From: Bacillota bacterium | Lineage (GTDB): Bacteria > Bacillota > Clostridia > Christensenellales > Aristaeellaceae | NCBI GenBank assembly: GCA_041855045.1 | Contig: JBHADM010000036.1 | Span: 1-46,859 of the forward strand | DNA length: 46,859 nt | Direction of reading: 5' to 3' | Shown: positions 37,665 to 46,833 of the stretch, in pieces | Numbering within the stretch: the stretch's first letter is position 1 | Layout: each line of letters begins with the position of its first letter | Made by a program: the position numbers and the translations under genes | The notes under the pieces: model-generated | Database searches by the model: none | Told to the model about the DNA's origin: nothing | What the model saw: the letters and a program-made list of their open reading frames with translations, nothing else

Positions 37665-38605
37665 AGGTAAATCAGCTGTCGAAAACCTTTAAGGTGGGCA
37701 GACAAAAATATCTTAAAGCGGTAGATAAGGTCAGCTTCTACATCAAAAAAGGTGAAACACTCGGCATTGTCGGTGAATCGGGTTGTGGAAAAACAACATT
37801 GAGCCGCACCATTATGGGCATATATACGCCTACCGAAGGCAGTGTTTCCTTCCAGGGAAAACGCATTGATTACAGCGCAAAAAATCACATGAGAGAATAC
37901 GCCGAAAAAATGCAGATGATTTTCCAAGACCCTTATACTTCTTTAAATACAAGGATGACCGTAGCGGAAATCATATCCGAAGGATGGGCGTATCGCCGGC
38001 TGTATACCCCAAAGATTCGCAATGAAAAAGCAATTGAGCTGTTGGAAACGGTCGGCCTGAACAAGGAGCATGCCAATCGTTTTCCGCACGAGTTTTCCGG
38101 CGGTCAAAGGCAACGCATCGGCATTGCACGTGCGCTGTCGATGAACCCGGAGCTGATTATTTGCGATGAACCCATCAGCGCACTGGACGTTTCCATCCAG
38201 GCGCAGGTCATGAATCTGCTGTTTGATTTGCAAAAAACCAAAAATCTGACCTATCTGTTTATTGCACATGATTTATCCATGATAAAGTACATTTCCACCA
38301 ACATAATGGTAATGTATCTCGGTTCCGAAATGGAGTTCGGCAGCAGCAAGGAGATTCATACGCATCCTTTGCATCCCTATACAGAAGCACTGTTCAGTGC
38401 AAACCCCGTGCCGGATCCGGACATAGAGAACAAACGTAAACGAATACAGCTATTGGGAGAAATCCCCTCCCCCATACAAGCTCCCAGCGGCTGCAAATTT
38501 TCCACCCGATGCAGCTATGCAAAAGATATCTGCAAAAAAGAAACCCCTGCATTAAGAGAACTCAAGGAAGGGCATTATTGTGCATGCCATTTTCCTTTGA
38601 AATAA
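37646..38605 (+). CDS. Opp/Dpp-type ABC ATPase (OppF-like)
   Basis: The start is moved from 37580 to the ATG at 37646 (AAAGGAAG upstream), overlapping the previous gene by 19 nt. It has Walker A GESGCGKTT, signature FSGGQRQR and Walker B LIICDEPISALD. Confidence 0.9.
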   Translation: MSNKILEVNQLSKTFKVGRQKYLKAVDKVSFYIKKGETLGIVGESGCGKTTLSRTIMGIYTPTEGSVSFQGKRIDYSAKNHMREYAEKMQMIFQDPYTSLNTRMTVAEIISEGWAYRRLYTPKIRNEKAIELLETVGLNKEHANRFPHEFSGGQRQRIGIARALSMNPELIICDEPISALDVSIQAQVMNLLFDLQKTKNLTYLFIAHDLSMIKYISTNIMVMYLGSEMEFGSSKEIHTHPLHPYTEALFSANPVPDPDIENKRKRIQLLGEIPSPIQAPSGCKFSTRCSYAKDICKKETPALRELKEGHYCACHFPLK

Positions 38606-38635
38606 AAAAATATACATTCAATTAAGGAGGAACTT

Positions 38636-40339
38636 ATGAAAAGAAAGTCATTACTCAGTATGTTGTTGGTCTTTGCCATGCTTCTATCCATACTGTCCTT
38701 CCCCGCTATGGCGCAGGAAGAGAAAGTCCTGAAAACCATCATCGGAAGCAACCCGACCACATTGGATCCCGTTATCTATAGAGATACCAGCGCCACCGCT
38801 ATCATTACCGCAACACATGAAAATCTCGTTCGCTTTGACGAAACAGGCTATTCCTGGGAACCCGGTCTGGCAAGCGAAGTAGAGCACAATGACGACTATT
38901 CCGTTTGGACATTTACCCTAAGAGAAAATGCGAAATGGTCGGACGGTGCTCCCGTTACTACCGAAGACATCGTACATTCCTTCCAGCGTCCGCTGAATCC
39001 GGAACTCGCCTCTCCGAATGTAAACAATTTCTTTATTATAAAAAACGCCAAAGAAATCTACGAATCCAGAACCGAAGCAGCCGATGCCGCTCCTATTGAA
39101 GACATTCCTTATGAAGAGCTCGGCGTCAAAGCACTGGACGGAAACAAGGTGGAAATCACTTTGGATAAGCCCATGGATTACTTCCTTGACTATGTAAGAA
39201 CACCATACTTTGCACCGGTGCAAAAAGCAAAGAGCGAAGAATACGGCAGCTTATACGGCACCGATCACGAGCATATCGCATGCTCCGGTCCCTTTATACT
39301 GGAAGCCTGGGAGCCCGAATCCTCTTTAACATTAGTGAAAAACCCCAATTATTGGGATGCAGAGAATGTTAAAATCGACAGAATCGAAATCACCTTGGCC
39401 AAGGATGCCAACACCATTATGAGCATGTATGATACCGGTGAATTGGATATCATGGCCGTTGACCAGGACACTGTAAGCACAGGTAAGTATCCGAATATCA
39501 GAGAAGTACGCAAGCTTTCCACGCAGATTATTCAATTCAACAGCCACGAAAAAATCGATGGCGTAGAGTTTAACTATTTCCAAAATGCCAAAATCCGTGA
39601 AGCAATGGGTCTTACATTTGATAGACAGGCCTATGTAAACGATGTTGTAAAACAACCCAAAGGTGCTGCTTACGGCTTGGTGCCATATGGCATGCGCGGC
39701 AGCAACAACGGCGACTTCAGAGAACAGCAGGGCGATCTTGTATTTGATATGCACAACTTCCCCGGCGGCGAAATCGACGGCAAAACCTACCCTGCCGGCA
39801 AAGAAGGCGCCGTGCTGAGAGCAAGGGATCTGTTCGAGCAAGGCCTGGCCGAATGCAACAAAACAAAAGAAGATTTTGAAAAAAATGCAGAGTGCGTACT
39901 GCCCAACTTCCCTGCCACCGTACAAAACTGCATGGCAATGCAGGCTATGTGGAAGGAACATTTGGGTGTGACTGTTAACATGAAGCCGCTGGAAATGTCC
40001 AACTTGATGCCTTATATTTTGGGAGGCTATTACCAATGTCTCATCGGCGGCGGCCCGGTAGGATCCACCTACGATGCCGGAGAATTCCTGAACTTTATCT
40101 ATAACGAAAAGCAATGGGATAATGAAGATTATCGCTCCCTGTGGGAGAAATCATTGGAACTGACCGGCGAAGAAAGAATAGAAATCATCAAACAATGTGA
40201 AAAAATGGCTTGCGATGCCTATCTGTATATCCCTGTAACATTCAAATACGACAATTATGTTATTAGAGAGAACGTCAAAGGCTTAAGAATGTTTGCCGTT
40301 GGACTGACATTTGACTTTAAATATGTTACCGTAGATTAA
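38636..40339 (+). CDS. Family-5 (OppA/DppA/NikA-type) extracellular solute-binding protein, last gene of the transporter set
   Basis: 567 aa with AAGGAGG upstream and a signal peptide MKRKSLLSMLLVFAMLLSILSFPAMA. It carries TLDPVIYRDTSATAII..., W.F.LRENAKWSDG.PVT and LVKNPNYWD motifs typical of family 5. Confidence 0.85.
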   Translation: MKRKSLLSMLLVFAMLLSILSFPAMAQEEKVLKTIIGSNPTTLDPVIYRDTSATAIITATHENLVRFDETGYSWEPGLASEVEHNDDYSVWTFTLRENAKWSDGAPVTTEDIVHSFQRPLNPELASPNVNNFFIIKNAKEIYESRTEAADAAPIEDIPYEELGVKALDGNKVEITLDKPMDYFLDYVRTPYFAPVQKAKSEEYGSLYGTDHEHIACSGPFILEAWEPESSLTLVKNPNYWDAENVKIDRIEITLAKDANTIMSMYDTGELDIMAVDQDTVSTGKYPNIREVRKLSTQIIQFNSHEKIDGVEFNYFQNAKIREAMGLTFDRQAYVNDVVKQPKGAAYGLVPYGMRGSNNGDFREQQGDLVFDMHNFPGGEIDGKTYPAGKEGAVLRARDLFEQGLAECNKTKEDFEKNAECVLPNFPATVQNCMAMQAMWKEHLGVTVNMKPLEMSNLMPYILGGYYQCLIGGGPVGSTYDAGEFLNFIYNEKQWDNEDYRSLWEKSLELTGEERIEIIKQCEKMACDAYLYIPVTFKYDNYVIRENVKGLRMFAVGLTFDFKYVTVD

Positions 40340-40359
40340 TTTCAAACACATAAACTATA

Positions 40360-40393
40360 TTTCGAGAAAGAGAGAGCACTCTCTTTCTCGAAA
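40360..40393 (+). terminator. 15-bp perfect hairpin after the binding-protein gene (partial terminator / mRNA stabiliser)
   Basis: TTTCGAGAAAGAGAG (40360-74) / CTCTCTTTCTCGAAA (40379-93) with a 4-nt loop AGCA. It is followed only by GTTTGAT, which is a weak U-run. Confidence 0.6.
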
Positions 40394-40412
40394 GTTTGAT
40401 AGGATTAACAGA

Positions 40413-42293
40413 ATGAATACATATGAGGAACTTTTTCTAAATACATGTCGGGAAAAGCTTAAAATCGCACAGAGCCTACGCCAAATAAACAACGTGGGCA
40501 TAGCTGATATACAAACTTTTTTTTCCAAAGAGTATGATGCTTACGACAGCAGTTTTCTCAACCCCTCCTATCTGCAGAGGATAGGAATTTGTGAACCCGG
40601 TCTGATGAGCACCATCTATCAGATGTATCTCCAATCCATTGCCCTGGCAATACTTAACAGACCAATTTTTGTTTGGGAAAAGAGCATGCTGCTAAAGAAA
40701 ATAGAGGATTTTTTTCAGGACAAAGATCTGGACGCGCTCTATCAGTCCATAGCAGAAATCAATCTAAGCATAATGGAGATGAGGCTGGAACAGGAAGCAA
40801 GCGAATCTGTCGATCCAAACAATTTATTTAAAGATATACTTCTTGCCTCCAATGCCGAAAACCTAAATTGGATGGCGAGGTACGCAAAACCCATCAGTGA
40901 TTTTGATCAGAAATTGGTGCAGCATTGGTTTTCGCTGGACAAAAAAAAATTGGAGCATATTGCCAATCATATTGTAGATGCTTTTTTCCATGGCTTTATC
41001 AGCCAATCGCGCAGTATCCAGGGCAGAACAAACATTCGCATGCACTACTGCATCGGTCAGGAAGCCTTGGCAAAAGAAGTATATCTTGCCTTTATAAACA
41101 AAGGATACGAGCCGATTTTATTGGAGCCTGCTTCCAATTCCTATCCCGATGCCTATAGTATAGACCATAGTTTTGATACGATGTTTCAGCTCTATGTATC
41201 AGACAATGAAAAGCTAAAAGCTTTTTTTGAGCAATCCGCTCAAAAGTACCAAGACCAGGCAAAAAACACATGCGGTTTCGTACGCATTTCCTCCTTCGGC
41301 AAAACGCCTAATGTACAACGCAGCCCTCACGCCTTCACACCGCCTAAAGAACTAAAAGCTCAATATTTGGATTATGTTTCGCATGCGCGCGATATAGAAT
41401 CGCAAATACTCAAACCGGATCATTTATCGTTTTGCAGCGTTGCTTTTCCTGATTTTCATGTAGGCGAGAACTTTCCGGAGATTTTCACGAAATTTATTAC
41501 AATTAACACAAGAGAGTCTGCCCCATTTGAAAAAATCCAGCAGGATTTTATTGATATTCTGGACACTGCCGACAGCGTTCACATACTTGGAGCGGGGCAA
41601 AACCAAACCGATATTCGCATTGCCCTGCAAGCACTTGCAGACAGTGATACGCAGAGCAACTTTTTAAACTGCGGCGGCGATTTAAACATCCCACATGGCG
41701 AGATTTTCACCACCCCGCAATTAAGTGGTACCAACGGCGTATATTACATTAACGAGATATTTATTAAAGGCAACTATTACAAAAACCTCTATTTAAAATT
41801 TGAAGACGGCAGAGTTTCCGACTATCATTGCGCTAATTTTACAGACGATGGGGACAATCGAAAATATGTCCTGGAGCACCTGCTGCAAGGGCACGACAGC
41901 ATTGCCATGGGAGAGTTTGCAATAGGTACCAATACCGAGGTATATCAAATTGCCAAAAAACATAATATTTTTGCAAAACTTCCTATATTAATTGCAGAGA
42001 AGATGGGCCCCCATATTGCCATCGGCGATCCCTGTTTCGCAAGAGGGGAAGACAGCCCCGTATATAATCTGTGGAATTCTAAAGAGATGACCGCCCGTGC
42101 AAACGAAATCACTTGCAACAGACTACTTAACAAACACTGTTACTTTAATATGCATACGGATATCACACTCCCTTATGACGAAATACAAGAATTAAGTGCC
42201 TATAAAAACGGAAAACTCATATGCACATTCATCAAAGACGGCAAATTCGTACCCGATTTTGCCGCTGCATTAAATGCAAACATCACAGAATAA
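40413..42293 (+). CDS. M29-family (aminopeptidase T / PepS-like) metalloaminopeptidase with a long N-terminal extension
   Basis: 626 aa. The C-terminal catalytic-domain motifs are NIPHGEIFTTP, GEFAIGTNTE and LIAEKMGPHIAIGD. Typical family members are ~400 aa, so roughly the first 190-250 aa are extra. Confidence 0.6.
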   Translation: MNTYEELFLNTCREKLKIAQSLRQINNVGIADIQTFFSKEYDAYDSSFLNPSYLQRIGICEPGLMSTIYQMYLQSIALAILNRPIFVWEKSMLLKKIEDFFQDKDLDALYQSIAEINLSIMEMRLEQEASESVDPNNLFKDILLASNAENLNWMARYAKPISDFDQKLVQHWFSLDKKKLEHIANHIVDAFFHGFISQSRSIQGRTNIRMHYCIGQEALAKEVYLAFINKGYEPILLEPASNSYPDAYSIDHSFDTMFQLYVSDNEKLKAFFEQSAQKYQDQAKNTCGFVRISSFGKTPNVQRSPHAFTPPKELKAQYLDYVSHARDIESQILKPDHLSFCSVAFPDFHVGENFPEIFTKFITINTRESAPFEKIQQDFIDILDTADSVHILGAGQNQTDIRIALQALADSDTQSNFLNCGGDLNIPHGEIFTTPQLSGTNGVYYINEIFIKGNYYKNLYLKFEDGRVSDYHCANFTDDGDNRKYVLEHLLQGHDSIAMGEFAIGTNTEVYQIAKKHNIFAKLPILIAEKMGPHIAIGDPCFARGEDSPVYNLWNSKEMTARANEITCNRLLNKHCYFNMHTDITLPYDEIQELSAYKNGKLICTFIKDGKFVPDFAAALNANITE

Positions 42294-42380
42294 TAAGAAT
42301 TTTTACTCGCTTCTGATTGTCTCGTAAACAACAATGAAGCATGATATACACCCCGACACACAAAACAATAAAGGAGGCTC

Positions 42381-43550
42381 ATGAATACCTTTCAATTTTT
42401 AATGCCCACCAGAATACTTTTTGGAGCACATACTTTTGATCAGCTGGGAGCAATCGCAAGCGGCTACGGAAAAAAATGCATGCTGGTGACCGCATCCAAT
42501 CAGGAAGCAGCCTTGCAAGACACTTACGATAATGCCAAATCGCTCCTGTCGCAGGCAGGCATCCAAGTATATCACTTTGACGAAGTGCAGCCCAATCCGT
42601 CCACCAGGATGATAGAAAAGGCAATTCTGACAGTCAGGCAGGAAAACATCGATTTTTTAATAGCGATTGGCGGGGGCAGCAGTATGGATACCGCAAAAGC
42701 CATATCTCTCTTCCATGAATGCGCCTCCATCGATTGGGAAAGCGCCTATCAAAAATACGACAACCCTTTCCGACACTATGACAAAATAGCACAGAAAAAG
42801 CTGTCATTGATTGCCGTTCCCACAACCGCCGGCACCGGCAGCGAAGTTACGCAAGCCATGATCGTATCGGAATATGATAAAAATATAAAGAACTGCATCT
42901 TTCATCAGGACGCCTTCCCGGATGCAGCCATCATAGACCCCTGCCTCAGCAAATCCATGCCGGCAAAACTGACCGCCATGACAGGATTCGATGCCTTTTG
43001 CCATGCCTTTGAAAGCTATTTTCGAAAAGAGGCTTCCGAAATCAGCAAATATTTTAGCATCTCCGCCATGCAGGGCATACTTCACAGTCTGCCCAAGCTG
43101 ATGCAGCATCCAGAAAATATGGTTCTTCGGGAAACCATGAGCAAATCGGCTTGTTATGCCGGAATCAGCCTGGCGAACGCAGCTGCCCATCTACCCCATC
43201 CGCTCAGTGAAATCATCGGCGGCATTCGCCCCGATATTCCTCACGGCATTGCGCTGGCTACGGTATATCCTTGCTTTGTCGCCTATTGCGCCAAAGCTTA
43301 CAGAGAAAAATCGGCCGCACTGGTACAGGCTTTGCACCCCGAAATCACAGGAACAGAGGAAGAGATTGCCTCCAAATTGCCCGTTATCGTAACTGCCCTT
43401 TTAGAGGAGATCGGGCTGCGCCTTTCTCTTCATGAGTTCCATATCAGTCCGGAAGAAAAAGCGCAGATGTGCGGGCATTTCTTGCTGGATGTTCTGCCCT
43501 TTGCCGATAAGGAAACCCGAAAACAAGTCATGGAATCCGCTTTTTTATGA
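42381..43550 (+). CDS. Iron-containing (group III) alcohol dehydrogenase family protein
   Basis: 389 aa with AAAGGAGG upstream, GGGSSMDTAKAI, and metal-ligand His clusters (CHAFESY, AAHLPHPL). Confidence 0.85.
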   Translation: MNTFQFLMPTRILFGAHTFDQLGAIASGYGKKCMLVTASNQEAALQDTYDNAKSLLSQAGIQVYHFDEVQPNPSTRMIEKAILTVRQENIDFLIAIGGGSSMDTAKAISLFHECASIDWESAYQKYDNPFRHYDKIAQKKLSLIAVPTTAGTGSEVTQAMIVSEYDKNIKNCIFHQDAFPDAAIIDPCLSKSMPAKLTAMTGFDAFCHAFESYFRKEASEISKYFSISAMQGILHSLPKLMQHPENMVLRETMSKSACYAGISLANAAAHLPHPLSEIIGGIRPDIPHGIALATVYPCFVAYCAKAYREKSAALVQALHPEITGTEEEIASKLPVIVTALLEEIGLRLSLHEFHISPEEKAQMCGHFLLDVLPFADKETRKQVMESAFL

Positions 43551-43585
43551 TGGATTCCTCAAAACATCTATTCAGGAGAAGCTTT

Positions 43586-44305
43586 ATGTACAAAAAAATT
43601 AAAATTGCCGCCGGATTAGCCCATGTCAGCTATGCAAGAATACTGGACAGAGCATTGGAAGCGGATCGTGCCGGCGTGGACTACATTCATTCCGATGCCG
43701 CAGATATGTATGATTTAAAGAACATGCAGCTCATGGGCGGTCATCAAATCATTGAAGGTTTGCGTGAAGAAATCACCAAGCCCATAGAGTGCCACATCTA
43801 TACCAAGGAATGCGACCGACTGTTTATTGAAAAACTTGCAAAAGCGAAATGTTCTATGCTGATACTGCCTGCCGAGCATTTTATAGGCGCGCCTCTGGCA
43901 TACATCATGAACTACTGCAGAGAATTCGGCATCAAATTCGGCTTGACCATAGGATGCTACACCCCTCTCTGCTTTGTAGAAGAATCTATTAACGACATCG
44001 ACAGACTGCATGTGGTCACCCATGGCGTGGATGAAACCGACGGGCAGGATAACTGGGGATGGAGAAGAAGTGCGCCGGATCTGATCAAGCGCGCCAGAGC
44101 ACTGATCGATCAAAAGAATCCGCGCTGCGAGCTGGCAATAGACGGCGGACTGCGATACGACAACATGGAACCGCTGCTCGCACACAATCCCGATGTTGTC
44201 GTGCTGTCTTCCGCCATATTCAAAGACCCCGACGGCATTGCGGCAGGCGTACAAAAATGCAGACAGGCTCTGGATTCCGCCGCTGAGAAGTTTCAGCTGA
44301 GGTAG
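43586..44305 (+). CDS. Divergent ribulose-phosphate 3-epimerase-fold (RPE/AlsE-like TIM barrel) protein
   Basis: The start is moved from 43547 to the ATG at 43586 (AGGAG upstream). Its segments align by eye with RPE/AlsE landmarks: DYIHSDAADMY (versus H-x-D-x-MDGHFVPN), PIECHIYT, LHVVTHGVDETDGQ (versus DPGFGGQ), ELAIDGG. Confidence 0.55.
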   Translation: MYKKIKIAAGLAHVSYARILDRALEADRAGVDYIHSDAADMYDLKNMQLMGGHQIIEGLREEITKPIECHIYTKECDRLFIEKLAKAKCSMLILPAEHFIGAPLAYIMNYCREFGIKFGLTIGCYTPLCFVEESINDIDRLHVVTHGVDETDGQDNWGWRRSAPDLIKRARALIDQKNPRCELAIDGGLRYDNMEPLLAHNPDVVVLSSAIFKDPDGIAAGVQKCRQALDSAAEKFQLR

Positions 44306-44308
44306 CCC

Positions 44309-44659
44309 ATGATTATACGAAACGAGGATTTACCTCTTATTCAACGTGAAAACGCCAAGGGCGGCGTCGGCGTCTTTATCAACAAGATGATACTGCAAGA
44401 AGATCAATTCCACAATAAGGGCCGTTTGTTTGCCAGATGCAAGCTTGCACCCGGTCACTCTGTAGGCAGTCATACCCATGTGGGCGAAATGGAAATCTGC
44501 TATTTTCTAAACGGTGTCGGAACGGTTGAAAGCGACGGCATTCGCACCCAGGTATACCCGGGAGATGTGAATATTGTAAACGCGGGTGAAAACCATTCGG
44601 TAATCAACACCGGAAAAACAGACTTGGAATACATTGCCTTGATACTATATACCGAATAA
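44309..44659 (+). CDS. Cupin-domain metalloprotein
   Basis: 116 aa. Motif 1 is GHSVGSHTHVGEMEICYFLNG (G-x5-H-x-H-x4-E-x6-G). Motif 2 is GDVNIVNAGENHSVIN. Confidence 0.8.
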   Translation: MIIRNEDLPLIQRENAKGGVGVFINKMILQEDQFHNKGRLFARCKLAPGHSVGSHTHVGEMEICYFLNGVGTVESDGIRTQVYPGDVNIVNAGENHSVINTGKTDLEYIALILYTE

Positions 44660-44693
44660 CATGTAATTTTTTCCAAATATATAATAAAGAAAA

Positions 44694-44738
44694 AGGGCTG
44701 TATCTGTTTATTATATTGATACAGTCCTTTGTTTTTTT
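44694..44738 (+). terminator. Terminator closing the opp-to-cupin unit
   Basis: AGGGCTGTATC / GATACAGTCCT (one G-U pair) with a 13-nt loop, followed by TTGTTTTTTT. Confidence 0.75.
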
Positions 44739-44892
44739 GTTTGAAACAGTATCCTGCAAATCAAATTGATAAAAGAATGAGGTTTCTCAAAAATTTCCAA
44801 AATATTATGCTTCCTTTTGGGAATATTTTAACGTTTTGCCTCGTTATATTCTTGTAAAACAAATTTGATACCGAAATCACGAGGTAACGCCT

Positions 44893-46833
44893 ATGAAGAA
44901 ATTATCCCTGCTATTCTTGCTGTTTTTTCTTTGGGGAAGTGGTATTGCGTGCGCTCAGGCGACTCTTTCCGCAGGGGAAGCGGCTGTGCCGGAAGAGATA
45001 CCGCATGGCCAGATACAGGATATTGTGCTGCTAAACGGACACTACTACGGCAGAACGGGCGGACGGGTGCTGCGCATGACGCCCGATGGCAAGGCCTGGC
45101 GCCATGCCGAATTTGAGGCGGACATATCCTATGTACAGCCAAAGCTGTTAACGGACGAAGGCAAGCTTCTGTTTTTTGACGGCGCCGGATTCCATGTGAT
45201 ACCCACCGAAGAAGGACTGCAGATAACACCCATATACGAGAATATCTCTTTTGCCCCCAACTTTTTTTACGAACTCTTTGTAAATGATACAGAGATCATT
45301 TACTGCTATCTCTTGGAGGATATGTCCAGCTACGGCATGCAGGTGGAGCGTTACAACAAGCAAAGCGGTGCGCGCGTGGCGGAGTACTATCCGGACATTA
45401 TGAAGGTGCACGGCCTGTATAAAGACAGCGCTTTGTTCGGCTGCAAAAGCAACGAACAAGGCAATAAGCTCTATGCACTAAAAGACGGGCAAGCAATACC
45501 CATCGAACTAAAAGGCCTGCAGGATAGCAAAGCCGAAATATACGATACTGTCTACCACGCGGCTTACGATGCCTTTTATGCCAGCAGCAGCGACTATATC
45601 TTCCGACTGCAGGGCGAAGAAATGGTGCCGATGGCGCTGAACATTGATATGACCACCGACGGCAACATGCTGCTGAAGGATGATAAAACCCTGGTGATCT
45701 ATACACGAAATGGGTTTGTGGAGCTGCCGCACACAACAGTGCTGGACACCAGCAGCATCGTCAGCGTGTACCGCTTCTATGACCCGGATCTTTTCGAAGC
45801 CTTTAACAAGCTCCAGACCGGATATCTGGCTGCCCCTCCGATGGAGACAAACAACAGTTCTCCAAATCAAAACGACGTGTCCCTTGTCAGCTATCCGGAG
45901 CTGCAGCAATCCATGCAAAAGGAAGATGCTGTTGTGCCGATGGACTTGAGCAAGGACAGCGAACTTGTAACACTTGCCTCCTCCGGCTTTGACTTTATAG
46001 TGCGTACGCTGTATCATAATGCTAAGCTGCAATTTATGCCCTATAATGTATATAGCTACGACTCCGAGATAGAACCTTTCAATTTGATGTATCATGTGGA
46101 GAGTGTACAAAAACTTCTGCAAAATGAAGAACCCCTGCCGCAGACCTATGCGGAATTAGTGGATTTTGTGCTGCGCAAAACCGATGCGCAAAGCCGAGAT
46201 TATGCCGTATTTCTCTCCAATGACACACCGTATCTACCCTTGATGCTCTCGCTGAACTATGTGAATCAATACCGTGCGCAATGCTTCGAAAATGGAATAT
46301 CTCCCGATATTGCGCAGATGAAGGAGCAGTTGCAGAACATACAAAAGCTGTGCGACTATGTCCGCAACGAGGAATATGAAACCGTGCTCTTCCGTAAAAT
46401 GGACGATGTATTGACCATGATGGACGGCTATGCACCACTGCCTCTGACACCGGACAAAAGCAGCAAATCCGGTTTGGCACTGAATATGGATGTACTGCTT
46501 ATCAACGACAAGAGCGAAAAAAAGCATGGCGCTTTGCATTTTTTACGCTTTGCCATGGAGCATATGCCCGAAAAAAACAAATTCAAGCTGTTTAAACCGG
46601 ACAGTCCGGCATTGCAAAAATCCCCCGCAGCCGATGCGCCCAAAGCCGATACCGATAAAGAAAGCATATATGCGCCCACCACAGCGCAAATTGAACAATA
46701 CCGCAAGTGCAGCGATGCCATGTACATCATCAGCCTGTTCCAGCACAGTGAGGAACAGCAGGATGTTTTGCAGGAACTGCAGCTGGACGAACTGATACAG
46801 GAAACTGAAGCACAATGGAGGGTGGACGAATGA
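44893..46833 (+). CDS. Large secreted (possibly lipo-) protein: beta-rich N-half + divergent solute-binding-protein-like C-half; paralogue of 28979-31150
   Basis: 646 aa with a signal peptide MKKLSLLFLLFFLWGSGIACAQA (GIAC is lipobox-like). Blocks shared with 28979-31150: VSVYRFYDPDLFEAFNK/VKVYGLSEELSNTYNR, LQFMPYNV/YYFMPTAL, PLPQTYAELVDFVLRK/ELPTNYADFIRFLKE, PLPLTPDKS/PLPLSIEDG, HGALHFLRFA/AAAIQFLERF. Confidence 0.7.
   Translation: MKKLSLLFLLFFLWGSGIACAQATLSAGEAAVPEEIPHGQIQDIVLLNGHYYGRTGGRVLRMTPDGKAWRHAEFEADISYVQPKLLTDEGKLLFFDGAGFHVIPTEEGLQITPIYENISFAPNFFYELFVNDTEIIYCYLLEDMSSYGMQVERYNKQSGARVAEYYPDIMKVHGLYKDSALFGCKSNEQGNKLYALKDGQAIPIELKGLQDSKAEIYDTVYHAAYDAFYASSSDYIFRLQGEEMVPMALNIDMTTDGNMLLKDDKTLVIYTRNGFVELPHTTVLDTSSIVSVYRFYDPDLFEAFNKLQTGYLAAPPMETNNSSPNQNDVSLVSYPELQQSMQKEDAVVPMDLSKDSELVTLASSGFDFIVRTLYHNAKLQFMPYNVYSYDSEIEPFNLMYHVESVQKLLQNEEPLPQTYAELVDFVLRKTDAQSRDYAVFLSNDTPYLPLMLSLNYVNQYRAQCFENGISPDIAQMKEQLQNIQKLCDYVRNEEYETVLFRKMDDVLTMMDGYAPLPLTPDKSSKSGLALNMDVLLINDKSEKKHGALHFLRFAMEHMPEKNKFKLFKPDSPALQKSPAADAPKADTDKESIYAPTTAQIEQYRKCSDAMYIISLFQHSEEQQDVLQELQLDELIQETEAQWRVDE

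Noticed and set aside
16355-43585. Upstream-extended starts given by the track (16355, 18619, 21301, 24863, 33080, 34558, 34634, 37580, 43547)
   Set aside because: In each case an internal ATG is preceded by a GGAGG-type RBS at proper spacing. That ATG gives the canonical N-terminus or a signal peptide, while the extensions run through promoters, terminators or the upstream gene.
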